Source: Dehalococcoidia bacterium (lineage in GTDB: Bacteria > Chloroflexota > Dehalococcoidia > Lucifugimonadales > UBA3495). From it: DNA of 64,000 nt. The DNA lies in contig OY761541.1 in the NCBI GenBank assembly GCA_963664625.1, positions 2,059,670 to 2,123,669 on the forward strand, given 5' to 3'. Below the pieces are notes generated by a model. It was not told the origin of the DNA and did not search any database. It saw nothing but the letters and a program-made list of their open reading frames with translations. Both the position numbers and the translations under genes were made by a program. This document shows, piece after piece, positions 9,321-18,704 of the stretch (position 1 is its first letter; the number at the start of each line of letters is the position of its first letter).

Positions 9321-9545
9321 ATGGCAGATCAGATAACTGTTTCGGTAGACTCCGATGTGGCCAAGTTCTACAGTTCGGCTTCGAATGAAGAGCGCCGTAA
9401 ACTGGACTTGCTCGTCAACCTCCGATTACGGAACGTCATAGAAGCCCGGAGACCGCTTCAGGAAATTATGGACGAAGTTAGCCGCAAGGCGCAGAAACAC
9501 GGCCTGACGCCGGAGATTTTGCAGTCTATATTAGATGGAGGATGA
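9321..9545 (+). CDS. antitoxin-like small protein upstream of the PIN toxin
   Basis: About 74 aa, overlaps the PIN gene by 4 nt. Start chosen at MADQITVSVD. Confidence 0.55.
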   Translation: MADQITVSVDSDVAKFYSSASNEERRKLDLLVNLRLRNVIEARRPLQEIMDEVSRKAQKHGLTPEILQSILDGG

Positions 9546-9949
9546 TCCGCGTTGTCTTCGACGTGAACGTTATTATCAGCGCGTTGCTCTTTGCCGGTTC
9601 TGTGCCGAGGATGGCGTTAGATAGAGCCTTGAGTCAAGGAACAATCCTGATCTCCGATGCACTATCAGAAGAGTTAAGACGTGTTTTAGCCAGGTCCAGG
9701 TTCGACAGGTATGCTTCCCTTGAAGACCGGGAAGACTTCTTTGATGGACTGATCCGTGTTTCAGAGCTTGTCGAAATTACCGAGTCAGTCCAAGTATGTC
9801 GCGACCCCCAAGATAATCATGTCTTGGAATTGGCGGTCAGCGGCGATGCAACATTCATCGTTACCGGCGATACCGACTTGCTAGTTTTGGACCCGTTTCG
9901 CGGCGTGGCGATTGCAACGCCCGCCGAGTTCCTGGATTTGGCCGTTTGA
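9542..9949 (+). CDS. PIN-domain toxin (PIN_3-type)
   Basis: MIRVVFDVNVIISALLF...VTGDTDLLVL, with acidic residues in PIN-typical positions. Confidence 0.75.
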   Translation: MIRVVFDVNVIISALLFAGSVPRMALDRALSQGTILISDALSEELRRVLARSRFDRYASLEDREDFFDGLIRVSELVEITESVQVCRDPQDNHVLELAVSGDATFIVTGDTDLLVLDPFRGVAIATPAEFLDLAV

Positions 9950-9971
9950 CTGTTATCCGCGGAATCGAAAC

Positions 9972-10286
9972 TCAAGTGTTGATTTGTTCCTTAGATACTC
10001 TCAAAAGATTCGGTACCGGTTTAACCTCTTTCAGGATTTTGGGGCCCACCTTCCGCTCCGCCACTTTCAGGTCATATGAAACCTGAAGGTTCATCCAGAT
10101 TCTGGCCGTACCGTCGAAGTAATGGGACAAGCGCAGGGCAAGCTCGGCATCCATATCACGGCGGCCTTCAATCAAGGCCAATATTGTTCCTTTCGGGACC
10201 GCCAGAATGGCGTCGAATTCCTGCGGGGTTACTTCCATCTCATTGAGGTCGTCCGCCAATATCTCTCCAGGATGCACTGGCGGCAT
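9972..10286 (-). CDS. higA: HigA-family antitoxin (XRE HTH)
   Basis: MPPVHPGEILADDL... then an HTH segment and IWMNLQVSYDL, the typical HigA pattern. Confidence 0.75.
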   Translation of the reverse strand: MPPVHPGEILADDLNEMEVTPQEFDAILAVPKGTILALIEGRRDMDAELALRLSHYFDGTARIWMNLQVSYDLKVAERKVGPKILKEVKPVPNLLRVSKEQINT

Positions 10287-10430
10287 ACCATTTTTGAAAG
10301 GCCGGTCGTCAATTCTCATCATCCAGATACTCAAGATGCCGTCTCGCTTGGGCAGCGAACTCCCGAAAGGCTGGAACGGCCCCCCATAGAAGAGACGTTC
10401 CGTATCCCGGTCCCGAAAGCTTCGTATCAT
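10287..10430 (-). pseudogene. higB (RelE/ParE-fold killer) remnant, internally deleted and fused in frame to higA
   Basis: MIRSFRDRDTERLFYG is a canonical HigB N-terminus. Only about 48 codons remain before the HigA start, where about 92 are expected. Confidence 0.55.
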
Positions 10431-10461
10431 GTTGTTAGCATGATAGCATCCCCACTCCCAC

Positions 10462-11562
10462 CTACGGCACCAGCATGGCCCGCGTGATGTCCGGCTGGCG
10501 CTGGTCCCATTCGGCTTGGGGGAAGGCCTCGTTTACGTCGGCCAGCGGGAACTTGTGGGACACTATCCGATCGAAGGGCAGCCTGTCCTTGTTGCGCACC
10601 AGGAAGTTCAGCAGCCGGGGCAGCAGTTCCGCCCGGTACATCAGTGACCCCACGATGTTCTTGCCCTGCAACAGCTTGGACGGGTCGATGGACACCTCGC
10701 GGCCTCGGACGATGTCTCCGATCTCCACGAAGGTCCCGCCGTTGCCCAGCATGTCTATGCCCTCGGCCAGCAACTCGGCCATGCCCACCAGTTCCATCAC
10801 TACATCGGCGCCCCGGCCGTCGGTCAACTCCCTCACCCGGCGGACACGGGTCTCCAGAGTGTTGAACTCTTGGATGTTTATGGTGTGGTCGGCGCCGAAA
10901 GCCTCGGCCAGTTCCAGCCGGTTCTCCAAGCGGTCCAGCACGATTACCCGGTCGGCGCCCATCTCCTTGGCCATGGCGGTGGCGTGGATTCCCAGGCCGC
11001 CCGCTCCCTGGATAACCACGTAGTCGCCCTCGCCGGCGCCGGCCCGCAGCAGTCCGGTGGTCACGGTGCCCATAGCGCAATTCACCGGCCCCAGCAGGTT
11101 GTCGTCCAACTCGTCCGGCACCAGGAAGAAGGGATGGCGTGGCGGCAGGTACAGGTAGTCGGCGTAGGTCGAAACGAAGTAGGGCCACACCCCGGCCGCT
11201 GGGTAGTTCCGGTTCATGCACCAGTTTGTGTTGCCTTTCAGGCACTGGTGGCAGTGGTAGCAGGGGAACACGGCGGCGTAGACCACCCGGTCTCCTTCTT
11301 CGACGGGCTTGCCGGCTGAGTCGGTGGTCACGCCCTCGCCCAGCGTATGCACCACGCCCGTCCCCTCGTGGCCCATGGCCCGCCCGCTGGGAGGCAGGGG
11401 TACGTTGACTTGATCGCCGCGCCAAGTGTGCAGGTCCGAGCCGCAGATGCCGGCTTGCGTCATGCGCAGCAACACCGCTCCCGGCGCGGGCTCGGGGACG
11501 TCGTATTCCTCAATTTCGAAGGGTTTGCCGTACTCTTTACAGATGACCACGCGGCCTTTCAT
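10462..11562 (-). CDS. zinc-binding alcohol dehydrogenase (MDR family)
   Basis: GICGSDLH and GHEGTGVV zinc-ligand motifs, GAGGLG Rossmann motif. Confidence 0.85.
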   Translation of the reverse strand: MKGRVVICKEYGKPFEIEEYDVPEPAPGAVLLRMTQAGICGSDLHTWRGDQVNVPLPPSGRAMGHEGTGVVHTLGEGVTTDSAGKPVEEGDRVVYAAVFPCYHCHQCLKGNTNWCMNRNYPAAGVWPYFVSTYADYLYLPPRHPFFLVPDELDDNLLGPVNCAMGTVTTGLLRAGAGEGDYVVIQGAGGLGIHATAMAKEMGADRVIVLDRLENRLELAEAFGADHTINIQEFNTLETRVRRVRELTDGRGADVVMELVGMAELLAEGIDMLGNGGTFVEIGDIVRGREVSIDPSKLLQGKNIVGSLMYRAELLPRLLNFLVRNKDRLPFDRIVSHKFPLADVNEAFPQAEWDQRQPDITRAMLVP

Positions 11563-11670
11563 GGCTTTCTCCTGCTGGATATTTTGCAGGGCATTCTAAC
11601 GCAGAGGCCGGAGAAATTGTAATATAGTAACCTGAAGTTCCGCCGCTCAGAATTGGCAACGAGATTTGCG

Positions 11671-12531
11671 ATGGCTGACGTTCGTAACCAGTCTTTCAAT
11701 TCCGGACATGACCCGAAGGCCGTCCGGGTAGCAGACTCCCTGCGTAAGGCGATAGACGCCGAGTGCGTCATCTTGTTCGGCTCCCGGGCCCGGGGGGGCT
11801 GGACAGACCGCTCCGACCTCGACCTGATGATTATCAACCCGTCGCTTCCCAACCAAGCTGCGGCAGTCAATGTTCAATCCATCGCCCGCCGCTTGATGGA
11901 GCAGAATTACTCCCGGTTCATGGACGCCGACTTCGTGTATATGACTCCCGATGAATATGCACGGAAAAGTCTCCACAGCATCAACAGCGTGGCCAGAATG
12001 GCCTTCCGTGAGGGAATCAAAATGCCGCGCGACCCGGAGAATTACAGCGAGCCTTATAACGAAGAGGAAGGCGACTATAGCGAGGAGTACGCCGAAAGAA
12101 ATCTGCGCATCTCTCACGCCAACACCCACTACGACGGTATGCAAGCGCTTATGGACATTGGCCGTCAAAATCTGAATACGGCCTACCATGCTCACCAGTC
12201 CCTGGAACACGGGATGAAGGCGCTCATATCTGCGCTGGGCCACGAATATCCGCACACTCACCGGCTTGACCTGCTGGCCGAAGAGATAAGCCGCAGAGAT
12301 CCGGAACGGGAGTGGCGGTTCGACAGCAACTTCGAGACGCTGAATAACTATGCGGGCGGGTCACGTTATGGGCCGTTGCTCACACCCATAGCAGACTACC
12401 GGCAGATGACCAACTCGGTCACTGAAGACTTGGACCGGGTCTACCGGCGCATTGAAGAACTTACCGGAGAGAACCCGTGGAACATTCCCCCGGAAGGCAG
12501 CGCCGATACGGTTTCTCCCAGGATGCGGTAG
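11671..12531 (+). CDS. fused nucleotidyltransferase (MNT-type) and HEPN domain protein
   Basis: GSRARGGWTDRSDLDLMI (GS-x-DxD NTase motif). The C-terminal helical domain has HGMKALISALGHEYPHTHRLDLL. The start is uncertain (TTG 11653 or ATG 11671). Confidence 0.7.
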   Translation: MADVRNQSFNSGHDPKAVRVADSLRKAIDAECVILFGSRARGGWTDRSDLDLMIINPSLPNQAAAVNVQSIARRLMEQNYSRFMDADFVYMTPDEYARKSLHSINSVARMAFREGIKMPRDPENYSEPYNEEEGDYSEEYAERNLRISHANTHYDGMQALMDIGRQNLNTAYHAHQSLEHGMKALISALGHEYPHTHRLDLLAEEISRRDPEREWRFDSNFETLNNYAGGSRYGPLLTPIADYRQMTNSVTEDLDRVYRRIEELTGENPWNIPPEGSADTVSPRMR

Positions 12532-12563
12532 CTGAACGATTGTTATTCCGCGATGACAAAGGG

Positions 12564-12935
12564 ATGCCTTGGGAAGTCCAATTTGACCCGACTTTTCGCA
12601 CGGAGTTCCGTGAGATGCCGGCCCAAGTACGGCGTGAGATTGCTGCGCTGGCGAACGTCTTGCAAGCTCTCGGTCCCATGATGGGCCGCCCGCGAGTGGA
12701 TACGCTGAACGGGTCGCGTCACGCTAATATGAAGGAACTTCGCTTTAATGCAGACGATGGTGTGTGGAGGGTTGCGTTTGCGTTCGACCCCAATCGCCGG
12801 GCCATTCTGCTCGTAGCCGGCGATAAGTCGGGCACCAGCGAAAGGCGGTTTTACCGAGAACTGATAAGGAAAGCGGACGAGAGGTTCGACAGGCATCTGG
12901 CCAGATTGCGAGATATAAGAAGGAGGCCGAAATGA
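12564..12935 (+). CDS. HigB/Gp49-type RelE-fold toxin
   Basis: WEVQFDPTFRTEFREMP...KELRFNADDGVWRVAFAFDPNRRAILLVAGDKSG matches the Gp49-like pattern. It overlaps the downstream XRE gene by 4 nt. Confidence 0.7.
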   Translation: MPWEVQFDPTFRTEFREMPAQVRREIAALANVLQALGPMMGRPRVDTLNGSRHANMKELRFNADDGVWRVAFAFDPNRRAILLVAGDKSGTSERRFYRELIRKADERFDRHLARLRDIRRRPK

Positions 12936-13252
12936 CGATACCGCTATCAGAGATTATGGCGGAGTTGCCCGAGGAGATGCGAAAAGAAGCGGAAGCCCGG
13001 GCAAAGGAAATTATCGCCGAGGAACTGACGCTGCGGGACCTCCGTAAAGCTCGGCAAAAGACCCAAGCCCACTTGGCCAAGCAACTGGGCATTAACCAGG
13101 AAAATGTATCTCGTATCGAAAACAGGTCCGATTTGTTGCTTTCTACCTTGAGCAACTACGTCGAGGCGATGGGTGGCAGCCTGCGTCTCGTAGCAGAATT
13201 TCCCGACCGCCCCCCGGTCATACTGACCGGCATCGGGGCATTGGACCCGTAG
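12932..13252 (+). CDS. XRE-family HTH antitoxin
   Basis: LRDLRKARQKTQAHLAKQLGINQENVSRIENR is an HTH segment. Confidence 0.75.
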   Translation: MTIPLSEIMAELPEEMRKEAEARAKEIIAEELTLRDLRKARQKTQAHLAKQLGINQENVSRIENRSDLLLSTLSNYVEAMGGSLRLVAEFPDRPPVILTGIGALDP

Positions 13253-13341
13253 AGCTGGCTTGCCAACAAACTCCGTTATTTAGAGTAACGGCGCATTGGC
13301 AGGGCCCAATGCCCGTAAACGCCAAGGAAAGGTGAATCGCC

Positions 13342-13494
13342 ATGCCAGCAAAAACGGGACAGCAACACATTGATGGGCTCAAGCAGAGGCCGGTTGAGGC
13401 GTGGATACGCGGCGAGCGGGTGAAAGACTTTACGACTCGCCTCGGCCTGAAGGGGAGAGTTCTACAACCTGATCTTTATACGGAGTCCGTCTGA
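13342..13494 (+). pseudogene. 5' remnant of an HpaB-family hydroxylase gene
   Basis: MPAKTGQQHIDGLKQRPVEAWIRGERVKDFTT... parallels the first ~40 residues of 15183-16643 (MPAKTGQQYIEGLKQRPAEVWIRGERVKDVTT). It then diverges and stops at 13492-13494. Confidence 0.7.
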
Positions 13495-13550
13495 TGAAGG
13501 TACGCGTAGAGTTCCACGTATTATAAGGTGCGGAACCTGGAAACCAGTTG

Positions 13551-14258
13551 CTAGTCGTTCACTCCGTCCCGGTTCAATACTGTTCTGAAAGTCATGGATA
13601 AGCGCCGCTTACGGTCCCGGCGGCCATTCTCTATAGGCTCACTTTTACGAGGCGCAATGCCGTGTTGCCAGACGGAACGCGCCGGGCCAGTCAGCAGGAC
13701 GCAGGAACCTTTCTGCAACAGGGCCGGCTTCTTATCCTTCCAGTTCTCCGAGAAATCCATCTCCCAATCGTCCAACAACGATATGGTGCAGACTGTCGGC
13801 CCAAATCCGGGGTGGTCAATGTGGGTCGCTATTCCCTGACCCGGCAGGTATTCATTGACGATGACCTGTTCCGGCACCCGTTCAAAGAGTCCGGTGTCGT
13901 CATACAATTTCTGAGCCACCTGAGCCATCCAGTCCGGCAATGCGCCCAAGTGCATATCAGGCGTGATGGCGCGCGCTTTGTAATCGTAGCGCCAGCCGTA
14001 GTGCTGGACCCGGCGGCTTAGGTCGTTGCGCCACTCGTCTATGGCAGCATCTATTCGCTGGACGCAGTAAGCTTGCTCTTCAGGGGTCAGGAATTCCTCT
14101 ACGAACCTGAGACCCGGAACAAGTGTTGCTTCCTGTACACCCCTTTTCCCGGTAGTGTCGTAGTTGAGGTGTCTCGGCGTTACTAAGTCTGTGCATTTAT
14201 CAGACGATTCTGATGCAATCAAAGACAATTGGTACGACATTTCCAAGCCCCCAGTCAT
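13551..14258 (-). CDS. AlkB-like Fe(II)/2-oxoglutarate dioxygenase
   Basis: VIVNEYLPGQGIATHIDHP (HxD) ... VWQHGIAPRK ... RRLSMTFR follows the 2OG-Fe(II) AlkB pattern. G+C is visibly lower than in the flanks. Confidence 0.7.
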   Translation of the reverse strand: MTGGLEMSYQLSLIASESSDKCTDLVTPRHLNYDTTGKRGVQEATLVPGLRFVEEFLTPEEQAYCVQRIDAAIDEWRNDLSRRVQHYGWRYDYKARAITPDMHLGALPDWMAQVAQKLYDDTGLFERVPEQVIVNEYLPGQGIATHIDHPGFGPTVCTISLLDDWEMDFSENWKDKKPALLQKGSCVLLTGPARSVWQHGIAPRKSEPIENGRRDRKRRLSMTFRTVLNRDGVND

Positions 14259-15046
14259 GTCGCTCGAATGATAACAGCAAACTTAGCATCGTTGCTGTTG
14301 TTTATTTCCGAGATGGGCACATCTTGGACTTCATAGAGTATGCCTGTCGGTCTCAGATTATTCAGTAATGATTCCCAGTTCGCGGTAAATGTATTGCTTT
14401 GTCCACGGGCGTCAGCAGCCCACAGCACACAGTTCGACTCGTTATCCATCAGATTGATAATATGAGTTATGATTTGCGTGAAATTTCGTAAATCATCTGG
14501 ACTTCCAGCTTGCACTAATACATGCCCAAACGTAATAGTGTAATCCGTAATACCCTGATGATTTTTCGTTATTTGTTGCAAGAATCCATCTAAATCGATA
14601 CTGTAATGCAAATGCGGATAATCATGTATGTTTTCTAAAAGCTTAGTTCTTGTCATTTCTGCCAGATCGATCATCGTTTGGCAATGATCCCAACCATAGA
14701 GGTCAACTCGGTCATATCCGATGTTTTGGATTCTCGCCCAATCCAGGAATGCCCACGAGAATAAGCCAGCACCACAGCCAACATCTACATGAGCCTCTCG
14801 TCTCCCGGCAGTGCCTACGTGATTCAGTATTTCGTAATAACGCCTGAACCGATAATGCGGCCTGCTGTCACCCCTATCGACATACCAGTGGGTGTGCTGT
14901 ACCACTTCCCTGAAGCTGGCATTGGCCGAAACAATGTGGCTGGGTCCCGTTAATGGTTCAATATCATTCTCTGCCATAATCTCACGTATGGCTTCCCGGT
15001 AAAGGTCTCTGATTCGATATGTTGGTCGGCTGACCATATCCAGCAT
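14255..15046 (-). CDS. class I SAM-dependent methyltransferase
   Basis: VDVGCGAGLFSWAF is SAM motif I. It overlaps the dioxygenase gene by 4 nt and has low G+C. Confidence 0.7.
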   Translation of the reverse strand: MLDMVSRPTYRIRDLYREAIREIMAENDIEPLTGPSHIVSANASFREVVQHTHWYVDRGDSRPHYRFRRYYEILNHVGTAGRREAHVDVGCGAGLFSWAFLDWARIQNIGYDRVDLYGWDHCQTMIDLAEMTRTKLLENIHDYPHLHYSIDLDGFLQQITKNHQGITDYTITFGHVLVQAGSPDDLRNFTQIITHIINLMDNESNCVLWAADARGQSNTFTANWESLLNNLRPTGILYEVQDVPISEINNSNDAKFAVIIRAT

Positions 15047-15182
15047 CTAACGCACAATTGTTCTATTTTCTTACCTTATTCTGTACACTTTAAACTGTCA
15101 ATAGATTTGGAACGGAATGACCAACGTGATTTCCGGTATGAAATAGATCATCTAGCCGTAGAGGCTAAGCAACGGAGGTGTC

Positions 15183-16643
15183 ATGCCAGCCAAAACAGGG
15201 CAGCAATACATCGAAGGTCTCAAACAGAGGCCGGCCGAGGTGTGGATACGCGGAGAGCGCGTTAAAGACGTTACGACTCACCCCGGACTGATGGGCGGAG
15301 TGCGATCGGTGGCCGCGCTGTACGACTTGCAGCACGCCCCCGGGATGAAAGACGAAATGACCTTCCCGTCGCCGTCGTCCGGGGAGCCGGTGGGGCTGTC
15401 GTTCATTATTCCCAAGACCCAGGAAGAACTGGAGCGGCGGCGTAACATGATGACCCATTGGGCTTGGGAGGGTTGCGGGATGATGGCCCGCACGCCCGAC
15501 TTCCTCAACGTCGCCGTCAGCGGCTGGGCCGGGGCCGCCGCCTACTTCGCCGGGAACCGGGAAGGTTTCGACAAGAACGTCCTCAACTACCACGAGTACA
15601 TCCGGGAGAACGACGTTACGCTCACCCACACCTTGGTGAACCTGCAACGCCGCCGTAGCGCCGACATAGTGGACAACATCGACGATCAGGTCGCTCTCAC
15701 GGTGGTCAAGGAGACCGACGCCGGCATCATCGTCAGAGGCAGCCGCATCCTGGCGACGCTGGGGCCCATCTCCGATGAGATAGCCGTATACCCGACGCGC
15801 ACCCATCTGATTGGCAAGGACGCTTGGCGTCAAGCCTTCTCCTTCGCCATTCCCAACGACACTCCGGGAGTCAAGTACATCTGCCGGGAAAGCTACGACA
15901 TTGGCCGGTCGACCTTTGACCATCCCCTTGGCTCCCGGTTCGAAGAGATGGACGCCGTGGTCTTTTTCGACGACGTGCTGGTCCCTTGGGAGCGGGTCTT
16001 TCTGCTGGGCGACGTGGAAATGTGCAACAACTACTCGGCGGCCACCCAGTCCACCACCCATTCGGGCTACCAGGTAGCCAACCGTTGCGCGGTCAAAACC
16101 GAGTTCATCCTGGGCTTAGCGACCCTGATGGTCGACACCTTGGGGTCGGGAAGCATCCCCCACGTGCAGGAGAGGGTAGCGGAGATCATCGTCTACTTGG
16201 AAACCCTGAAAGCCTGCCTTCGGGCCTCGGAAGCCGACGCCCAGCCCAACCAGTGGGGCGTCATGTGTCCCGCGGCCGGGCCCATCAGCGCCGCCCGCGC
16301 CCTGTATCCCACTACCATCTACCCACGGCTGGCGGAAATCGTGCAACTGCTGGGGTCCAGCAGCCTTATGGCTCTCCCGGCCGAGGGAGACTTCAAGGCG
16401 GCCATCGGCCCCGACGTGGAAAAATACCTTGCCACCGACAGCTCTACCGGTTGGCAGCGGGCGCGCATTTTTCACTTGGCTTGGGACTTGGCTTGTAGCA
16501 GCTTCGGAGGCCGGCAAGTGCTGTACGAACGTTTCTTTGGGGGCGACCCTGTTCGCAACGCGATGATGGCTTACCAGTCCTACAACAAGGACGCGGCGGT
16601 GCAACGGGTGCTGGATTTTCTGGACAGGGAGGAAAAACAATGA
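15183..16643 (+). CDS. 4-hydroxyphenylacetate 3-hydroxylase (HpaB) family flavin-dependent monooxygenase
   Basis: 486 aa, with N-terminus MPAKTGQQYIEGLKQRPAEVWIRGERV and overall HpaB-like architecture. Confidence 0.8.
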   Translation: MPAKTGQQYIEGLKQRPAEVWIRGERVKDVTTHPGLMGGVRSVAALYDLQHAPGMKDEMTFPSPSSGEPVGLSFIIPKTQEELERRRNMMTHWAWEGCGMMARTPDFLNVAVSGWAGAAAYFAGNREGFDKNVLNYHEYIRENDVTLTHTLVNLQRRRSADIVDNIDDQVALTVVKETDAGIIVRGSRILATLGPISDEIAVYPTRTHLIGKDAWRQAFSFAIPNDTPGVKYICRESYDIGRSTFDHPLGSRFEEMDAVVFFDDVLVPWERVFLLGDVEMCNNYSAATQSTTHSGYQVANRCAVKTEFILGLATLMVDTLGSGSIPHVQERVAEIIVYLETLKACLRASEADAQPNQWGVMCPAAGPISAARALYPTTIYPRLAEIVQLLGSSSLMALPAEGDFKAAIGPDVEKYLATDSSTGWQRARIFHLAWDLACSSFGGRQVLYERFFGGDPVRNAMMAYQSYNKDAAVQRVLDFLDREEKQ

Positions 16644-17077
16644 CAATGGCGGTCACAATAAGGGAGACTTTTGATGACGCCCGGCGGCTGTACGACTCCG
16701 CGATGGAGCGGTTGGATGCGGGCGACATTCGGGACGCGGCGGAAAAGGCTTGGTGCGCCGCCAGAAGGGCAACCGAAGCGTTGGTGCTCGCCCACCCCCT
16801 TCCCCCGTCATTCCCGCGAAGGCGGGAATCCGGGCCGGGGGCAGGCAACAGCGGAGCGACGGTTAATAATACTATTCAGGTGTCAGCCGGGCTGAGACAG
16901 TTGGCGCTTCAGGATGAAGCGTTCAATACGCTTCCTCCAAAACTGGCGGAGCGTGCCCGTTACCTGCATAACGATTGCTTCTACAATGGTCATTGTGAGC
17001 CGCTGGAGTCAACGGCAAGGCTAATCCGGGAGACTATCCATTACATCCAAGACGCAGAGGCTTTGGCGGGTCCGTAA
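16640..17077 (+). CDS. helical PaREP1/HEPN-like hypothetical protein carrying an in-frame REP
   Basis: ATGA overlap with the hpaB-family stop. DIRDAAEKAWCAARRATEAL ... YLHNDCFYNG. The REP at 16807-16831 is translated as SFPRRRESG. Confidence 0.5.
   Translation: MTMAVTIRETFDDARRLYDSAMERLDAGDIRDAAEKAWCAARRATEALVLAHPLPPSFPRRRESGPGAGNSGATVNNTIQVSAGLRQLALQDEAFNTLPPKLAERARYLHNDCFYNGHCEPLESTARLIRETIHYIQDAEALAGP
16807..16831. repeat. REP-like hairpin repeat inside a CDS
   Basis: gtcattcccgcgaaggcgggaatcc. Confidence 0.85.
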
Positions 17078-17219
17078 CTGAAACACTTTGCAGGTTGCTT
17101 TTCATGTCGGGCGGAAATCCGGAAAACCAGTCACGGGTTTTATGCGTATAGCGATATCATCTATTATGTCATCCTGCTGCACGGCAGGTAGACTCGACTA
17201 TGAAGGGGAGTGAGGAGCT

Positions 17220-18455
17220 ATGAAAGGAGTGGGTAAATCATTTGCCATAGCGGTTACCGCTCTCTCGGTTGCGGTGATTTTCGTGATCGCCTTCGCATGG
17301 GCGGGCCCCGGATTCGACGGGGCCTCGAAGCCGGCTTCCGCCGCGTTATTTGATGAACAACTGGTGCAGACCATTTATGAAGAGGCCAGCCCGGCGGTGG
17401 TGGACATCAATGTCGACCGCCAGATGGATGAATCTTTCGGCCGCTTGGGCTTCGGCTCCGGGTTCCTCGTCGATAGTGAGGGCCATATAGCCACCAACTT
17501 TCACGTCGTCCAGGACGCGGACCGGATAAGGATCTCTTTCCAAGACGGTTCCAGCGCCCAAGCGGAGATGTTGGGCACCAATCCTGCCAACGACCTCGCT
17601 CTGTTGAAGGTGGACAGTGAGGCGGTAAAGGACATTACCCCGTTGACGTTGGGCGACTCCGGCGCGGCCCGCCCCGGCCAGTTGGCTATCGCCATAGGGA
17701 GCCCGTTCGGACTGGGCGGTTCGATCACCGTGGGAGTGGTCAGTGGGCTGGACCGTACCCTGACCAGCGACCTTTCCCGGCCTATCTCCGGCGTCATCCA
17801 GACCGACGCGCTGATTAATCCGGGCAACTCCGGCGGGCCTTTGCTCAACAGGGATGGGGAAGTCATTGGAATCAATACCGCCATCCAATCGCATTTCGGC
17901 CGAATGGCCCTTCGGACCCCCGGCCAAGGAAGCATCGGGTTCGCGGTGCCGGCCAATACGCTGGGCAACCTGCTGACCAGGCTTAAGGAGAAGCAGGAAG
18001 TCAGGCCTCCCTGGCTGGGGATAAGCGCGGCTACGTTGAGGCCCTTGATGGTGGAAGCCTTGGAGCTTCCTCAAGATAAAGGGGTCTATGTAACCCAGGT
18101 AATGACCGGCAGCCCGGCCGCCGGAGCGGGCTTGGTCCCTTCGGGGATGGACCAATACGGCCTTCCCACCCGAGGTGGCGACATCATCACCGGCATTGAC
18201 GGCGTGCCGGTTGCGACGGTGGCGGACCTTATAACCCAGTTGAACAAGCATCTTCCCGGGGACGATGTGACGTTGCAGGTGTTCCGGGACGGCGAAGGTA
18301 TGGACGTAACCTTGGCCTTGGGAGAATGGCCGGAAGAAACTGAATTGACCACACCGAGGACGGTCCCCGGACCCGACGAATGGAACTTGCCCAGAGAGCT
18401 GCCCCCGCCGGGTTTCCCCTCCCCGGAAGGTAATTCGGAAGAGGACAAGCGGTAA
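17220..18455 (+). CDS. HtrA/DegP-family trypsin-like serine protease with PDZ domain
   Basis: N-terminal TM segment, ATNFHVV (His), GNSGGPLLN (Ser), C-terminal PDZ-like region. Confidence 0.85.
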   Translation: MKGVGKSFAIAVTALSVAVIFVIAFAWAGPGFDGASKPASAALFDEQLVQTIYEEASPAVVDINVDRQMDESFGRLGFGSGFLVDSEGHIATNFHVVQDADRIRISFQDGSSAQAEMLGTNPANDLALLKVDSEAVKDITPLTLGDSGAARPGQLAIAIGSPFGLGGSITVGVVSGLDRTLTSDLSRPISGVIQTDALINPGNSGGPLLNRDGEVIGINTAIQSHFGRMALRTPGQGSIGFAVPANTLGNLLTRLKEKQEVRPPWLGISAATLRPLMVEALELPQDKGVYVTQVMTGSPAAGAGLVPSGMDQYGLPTRGGDIITGIDGVPVATVADLITQLNKHLPGDDVTLQVFRDGEGMDVTLALGEWPEETELTTPRTVPGPDEWNLPRELPPPGFPSPEGNSEEDKR

Positions 18456-18473
18456 CTCTACGGTAAACTGGAA

Positions 18474-18500
18474 GGCTCCAGTCCATACAGGGCTGGAGCC
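18474..18500 (+). terminator. weak hairpin terminator candidate after the protease gene
   Basis: ggctccag/ctggagcc 8-bp stem. The downstream T-tract is poor. Confidence 0.25.
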
Positions 18501-18554
18501 CGCCCTGTTTACAGAGGCGTGAGTGAATAACTAAACTTCCGGCCCTACATGTCT

Positions 18555-18580
18555 GGACTCCCGCCTTCGCGGGAAAGACG
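18555..18580. repeat. REP-like hairpin repeat (inverted loop, degenerate)
   Basis: ggactcccgccttcgcgggaaagacg. Confidence 0.6.
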
Positions 18581-18664
18581 ATGGAGCAGCGGTCCGTTTA
18601 CTGAATCATTCACGTATCAGCAATTACGATTGACTCCAGCCCACCGGGGCAGGCCCCTTACCCC

Positions 18665-18689
18665 GTCTCTCCCGCGAAGGCGGGAGGCC
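18665..18689. repeat. REP-like hairpin repeat (degenerate flanks)
   Basis: gtctctcccgcgaaggcgggaggcc. Confidence 0.6.
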
Positions 18690-18704
18690 GGGCCAAAGTC
18701 AGGC

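Noticed and set aside
10427-11425. 332-aa minus-strand ORF, very rich in Arg/Gly/Pro, overlapping the alcohol dehydrogenase gene
   Set aside because: It is out of frame with the well-supported MDR-ADH CDS (10462-11562) on the same strand. Its composition is typical of a GC-rich shadow frame.
11653-12531. Fused NTase-HEPN proteins considered as a novel MNT/HepT-type toxin-antitoxin fusion
   Set aside because: The HEPN part lacks an obvious R-x4-6-H RNase motif. It resembles the non-catalytic HEPN of kanamycin-nucleotidyltransferase-like proteins, and fusion architectures of this kind are already known.
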